The notes below the pieces were generated by a model. It saw only the letters and a program-made list of their open reading frames with translations, had not been told where the DNA came from and ran no database searches. Positions 57,767 through 60,505 of a DNA stretch of 60,505 bases are shown here, in pieces. Each line of letters opens with the position of its first letter. Positions within the stretch are counted from its first letter, which is position 1. Source of the stretch: a virus (taxonomy: Duplodnaviria > Caudoviricetes); the IMG/VR virus record IMGVR_UViG_3300031672_000001, positions 1 through 60,505 of that record, one strand, 5' to 3'. Made by a program: the position numbers and the translations under genes.

Positions 57767-59038
57767 TCATGCGGTCCGCTCACTCGTAGAGGCCAACTCG
57801 TAAGCCATCAGTCGTTCCCCGACCCACTGGGCGACGGGGACGCTGACCGCGTTCCCGCAGGCTGCGTATCCAGGTCCGTCGGGTCGTCGGTGAGCGGCCA
57901 TAGCCAATCGTCGGGGAAGCCCTGAAGGCGCAGGCACTCGATCACCGTCAGGCGCCGCACCGACGACATAGTTGGTGTTGTGGCCTTGGCCGGTGCCTCC
58001 AGGGTCTCGTCGGAGCGCGTAGGCGATGCCTCCGACATCGTTGCTGCCGGGTCGCATGTGGGATCGGACGGTCCCGGCGATGAGAGGCGTGCCGCGGTCG
58101 GTGCCGTCTTCGCCGGCATCGAAGCCCTCGGCTCTGAGGGTATGGGTGATGAGGGCGTCGGTGGCGTCGCTGTCGGTGCCCTTCCCGTAGCGCTTGACGA
58201 TGGCTGGAGCGACTTGGAGGTGTCCGCCGGCAGCCACCTCGGCACTTGTGTCGCCAGTACGCCCGCGCCTAGCCTGGAGCGTGCTGACGATGTTCCTGTC
58301 ATCCTCTTGTCGTCGTCCCGGTGCTGAGACGCCAGGACCGCTAGAGCCTCGGCTAAGGCTCGCGGCAACTCGCAGCCCCGCTTCTCTGCGCGGCGCAAAA
58401 TCCCCGCCGCCGCTCTCGGGCTCAAGTAGAACCTCTCGGGCACTTCGTCCAACAGCACGTCGGGCAACGATGAAGACGCGTCGCCGGCGCTGGGGCACTC
58501 CGAAGTAACGGCTGTCCAACACTCTCCAGGCGAGATCGTGAAACCCGATGTCGCCCAGCGTGCGGACCACGACAGCGAAATCTCGTCCACCGGCGGAACT
58601 GAGCAGGCCGGGGACGTTCTCAAGGACGAGCCATCCGCCAGGTCGAACAAGCTCATCGGCGACGCGGGCGAACTCGAAGAACAGTCCGGAACGCGCTCCG
58701 GCGAGACCGGCGCGCTTACCAGCGACAGAGAGGTCTTGACAGGGGAACCCGCCGCAGAGCAAGTCAACACTGGCGTCCGCACGCCCGAGCGGAACTCGTG
58801 GCCGTTCAGCGTCGGGCTTACCTGCGTCTCGGTCCACTTGTCCGGGTCGGATGGTGGCCCAGCTCCGCGATGAGACTTCTCGAATGTCCTTGAAGCAGGG
58901 GATGTCGGGCCAGTGTCGGGCGAGGATGCCTCGACAGTAGGCATCGGCCTCGCATTGGGCGACGATCCCCATGCCTGCGAGCTCGAAGCCGCGATCGAGT
59001 CCGCCGATGCCGGAGAAGAGGCTGCCGACCGTGAGCAT
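57767..59038 (-). CDS. C5 cytosine DNA methyltransferase, alpha subunit
   Basis: LFSGIGG, GFPCQ, ENV, QRRRR, GNAV (motif X); motif IX is missing in this frame. Confidence 0.92.
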   Translation of the reverse strand: MLTVGSLFSGIGGLDRGFELAGMGIVAQCEADAYCRGILARHWPDIPCFKDIREVSSRSWATIRPGQVDRDAGKPDAERPRVPLGRADASVDLLCGGFPCQDLSVAGKRAGLAGARSGLFFEFARVADELVRPGGWLVLENVPGLLSSAGGRDFAVVVRTLGDIGFHDLAWRVLDSRYFGVPQRRRRVFIVARRAVGRSAREVLLEPESGGGDFAPRREAGLRVAASLSRGSSGPGVSAPGRRQEDDRNIVSTLQARRGRTGDTSAEVAAGGHLQVAPAIVKRYGKGTDSDATDALITHTLRAEGFDAGEDGTDRGTPLIAGTVRSHMRPGSNDVGGIAYALRRDPGGTGQGHNTNYVVGAAPDGDRVPAPSGLPRRLAMAAHRRPDGPGYAACGNAVSVPVAQWVGERLMAYELASTSERTA

Positions 59039-59043
59039 GTCAT
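57808..59043 (-). CDS. overlapping-frame MTase beta subunit
   Basis: 411-aa alternative frame with RFYLSPRAAAGILRRA and motif IX RRLTVIECLRLQGFPDDW; true start uncertain. Confidence 0.75.
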   Translation of the reverse strand: MTCSRSAASSPASADSIAASSSQAWGSSPNARPMPTVEASSPDTGPTSPASRTFEKSHRGAGPPSDPDKWTETQVSPTLNGHEFRSGVRTPVLTCSAAGSPVKTSLSLVSAPVSPERVPDCSSSSPASPMSLFDLADGSSLRTSPACSVPPVDEISLSWSARWATSGFTISPGECWTAVTSECPSAGDASSSLPDVLLDEVPERFYLSPRAAAGILRRAEKRGCELPRALAEALAVLASQHRDDDKRMTGTSSARSRLGAGVLATQVPRWLPADTSKSLQPSSSATGRAPTATPPTPSSPIPSEPRASMPAKTAPTAARLSSPGPSDPTCDPAATMSEASPTRSDETLEAPAKATTPTMSSVRRLTVIECLRLQGFPDDWLWPLTDDPTDLDTQPAGTRSASPSPSGSGND

Positions 59044-59243
59044 GGTTCTTCCTGGACTAAGAATCGTCGATCCGCACTGGTGCCAGAACGACAGAAGTCG
59101 TCATGCACGCAAACCCAGCCGGTATTCGTCCAGATGAGACCAGCCAATCGACGCGCCGAGCGCCCGCAACATGAGCAGTAGTACTTCGGATCGGTTGTGC
59201 AGTCACCGATGCCTCGAGGGTTCGTGCCGCTAGCGTTGTTCAT
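59040..59243 (-). CDS. small Cys-rich protein
   Basis: stop overlaps the ATG at 59043. Confidence 0.5.
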   Translation of the reverse strand: MNNASGTNPRGIGDCTTDPKYYCSCCGRSARRLAGLIWTNTGWVCVHDDFCRSGTSADRRFLVQEEP

Positions 59244-59400
59244 CGCACCCCTATCTCCCCTACCCGTGCTTGGAGCTTCGCCAAGGTCCGCTCCTCCTTC
59301 TCAGACAACTCGATTGAGCGTGCGCCATGCTGGGCTAACCTTGCGATCACTCGGGCTTGATCGGCACGTAGCCATACGCCGCGCTTGCGAAGATCGGTCC

Positions 59401-60132
59401 TCATCGCTCGGGCTCCTGCTCGGTGTCCCGGACGGGGAACGCCCTGTCGAGTGCGTCGTTGAAGTCCTTGAGCGCGATCACGTTGACACCCACGTGGGCG
59501 AGGCGTTCCTGCGTGTCGGGGTCATCGCCCAAGAGATCGCCAACGACATTGCCTTCCCTGTAGAGCGCCTGCCGCGCATCCTTGATCGCGTCAAGCGTCC
59601 GATCGCGCGCCTCGGCGAAGGTGAGCCGAGCGTCACGTTCGGCGTTGGCTCTGACGATGCGAGCTTCGAGGCCACCGACGAAGCCACTCACAACAGGATC
59701 GGCGTCCGGTCGCTCGGTGTCCTCACGGGCAACGAACCTTTCGCAACGACAGTCGGGCTTCTCCTCGCAACTGCCAGCGCCTTGTGGCACGTCGCCCTCG
59801 CGAGTCACGGCACTGTGCCAGTACGCTAGGTGGCCGCATTGACAGATCGCGTACTTCTCCGGCGGCTCCTCACGGGTAGCGGAAGCGGTCTGGACGGCAG
59901 CACGTAGCGCAGGGATACTCGCGTGCTGGGTAGCGTTGCGATCCCAGTTGTCGAGAACCCACTTGGCAGCGTCAAGCAACGCACTCTCCGGCGGCTCCTC
60001 ACGGGTAGTGAGAGCGGCCCGAGCCTTTTCGATAGCCCATCCGATCCAAGCCCAGCGCTCGTCCTCGGTTCTAAGCCCAGACGAGGACGTTGCAGCAATC
60101 TCCTTCAGCGCCTCGCGCTCTTGGTCGCTCAC
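59401..60132 (-). CDS. modular hypothetical protein with REEPPE/DTE linkers
   Basis: coupled ORF; 24-bp direct repeat at 59856-59879 and 59985-60008. Confidence 0.65.
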   Translation of the reverse strand: MSDQEREALKEIAATSSSGLRTEDERWAWIGWAIEKARAALTTREEPPESALLDAAKWVLDNWDRNATQHASIPALRAAVQTASATREEPPEKYAICQCGHLAYWHSAVTREGDVPQGAGSCEEKPDCRCERFVAREDTERPDADPVVSGFVGGLEARIVRANAERDARLTFAEARDRTLDAIKDARQALYREGNVVGDLLGDDPDTQERLAHVGVNVIALKDFNDALDRAFPVRDTEQEPER

Positions 60133-60505
60133 GATCCCTCCTTGACTTCCAACACCTCTCGTAGTCGCTCCAACAAGTCCAGCACGGGAGCCTTCTCGAT
60201 GACCTCGACACGGCGCTCGCCAGCAACGACCGGGGCATCGTCTTTGACGACTTCGATCGACAGAGACCGATTGATCTGACGCAGCGTCCAGGTGCGTGGT
60301 GTCTCAGGCATCTCCGTCTCCGTTCTCGGCGAGAGCGGCACGGGCTACTTCCCTTGCCTGTTGCTCCGCCTCGGATAGCTCGTCGGGCATTACGCCGCCA
60401 CCTTCCTCTCACCACGACACGCTTCGACGATCAAACCCTTCTGACGATCCGTCAGCTCGCGCACCAACCGCGTCTCGCTGATCTGCAACGAGACGAGCAC
60501 GCTCA
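60129..60505 (-). other. small early genes (60129-60311, 60304-60390) and the 3' end of a gene entering from the window edge (60390-60505)
   Basis: coupled ORFs; the edge frame reads SVLVSLQISETRLVRELTDRQ...KVAA*. Confidence 0.5.

Larger units (their letters stand above)
55321..57770 (-). pseudogene. rusA: RusA-like Holliday junction resolvase, split by the IS and carrying an in-frame TAA
   Basis: IPGKPVP..R.R...F*GAHASSDLDNLIKGCLDSLNGLAYDDDAQLV...GSIE|KGPRAEIDLW after removal of the IS. Confidence 0.85.

Overview
The window is an almost complete genome of a GC-rich, long-tailed (siphovirus-type) phage, probably of an actinobacterial host. No host genes are visible. Nearly all genes lie on the minus strand in ATGA/GTGA-coupled operons. 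In transcription order they are: terminase, portal, head genes, a fibre/beta-helix protein, a ~8 kb block of six glycosyltransferases and two methyltransferases inside the neck module, tail genes with a GGGAAAA -1 frameshift, a lysis region, a cro-like regulator with the early/replication genes, and a C5 DNA methyltransferase. Highlights: (1) a probable virion-glycosylation pathway whose NDP-sugar C-methyltransferase carries a 300-aa intein with a GIY-YIG-like insert; (2) a 2,010-bp IS1595 (ISSod11-like) element with TIRs and an 8-bp TSD that carries three phage-like passenger genes and splits rusA; (3) a two-subunit C5 MTase encoded in overlapping frames; (4) a leaderless GGQ release-factor-like gene; (5) an integrase reduced to its C-terminus; (6) a repeated [LVM]-x-E-[AS] motif across head proteins; (7) candidate structured RNA leaders. 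Product calls come from motif recognition by eye only.
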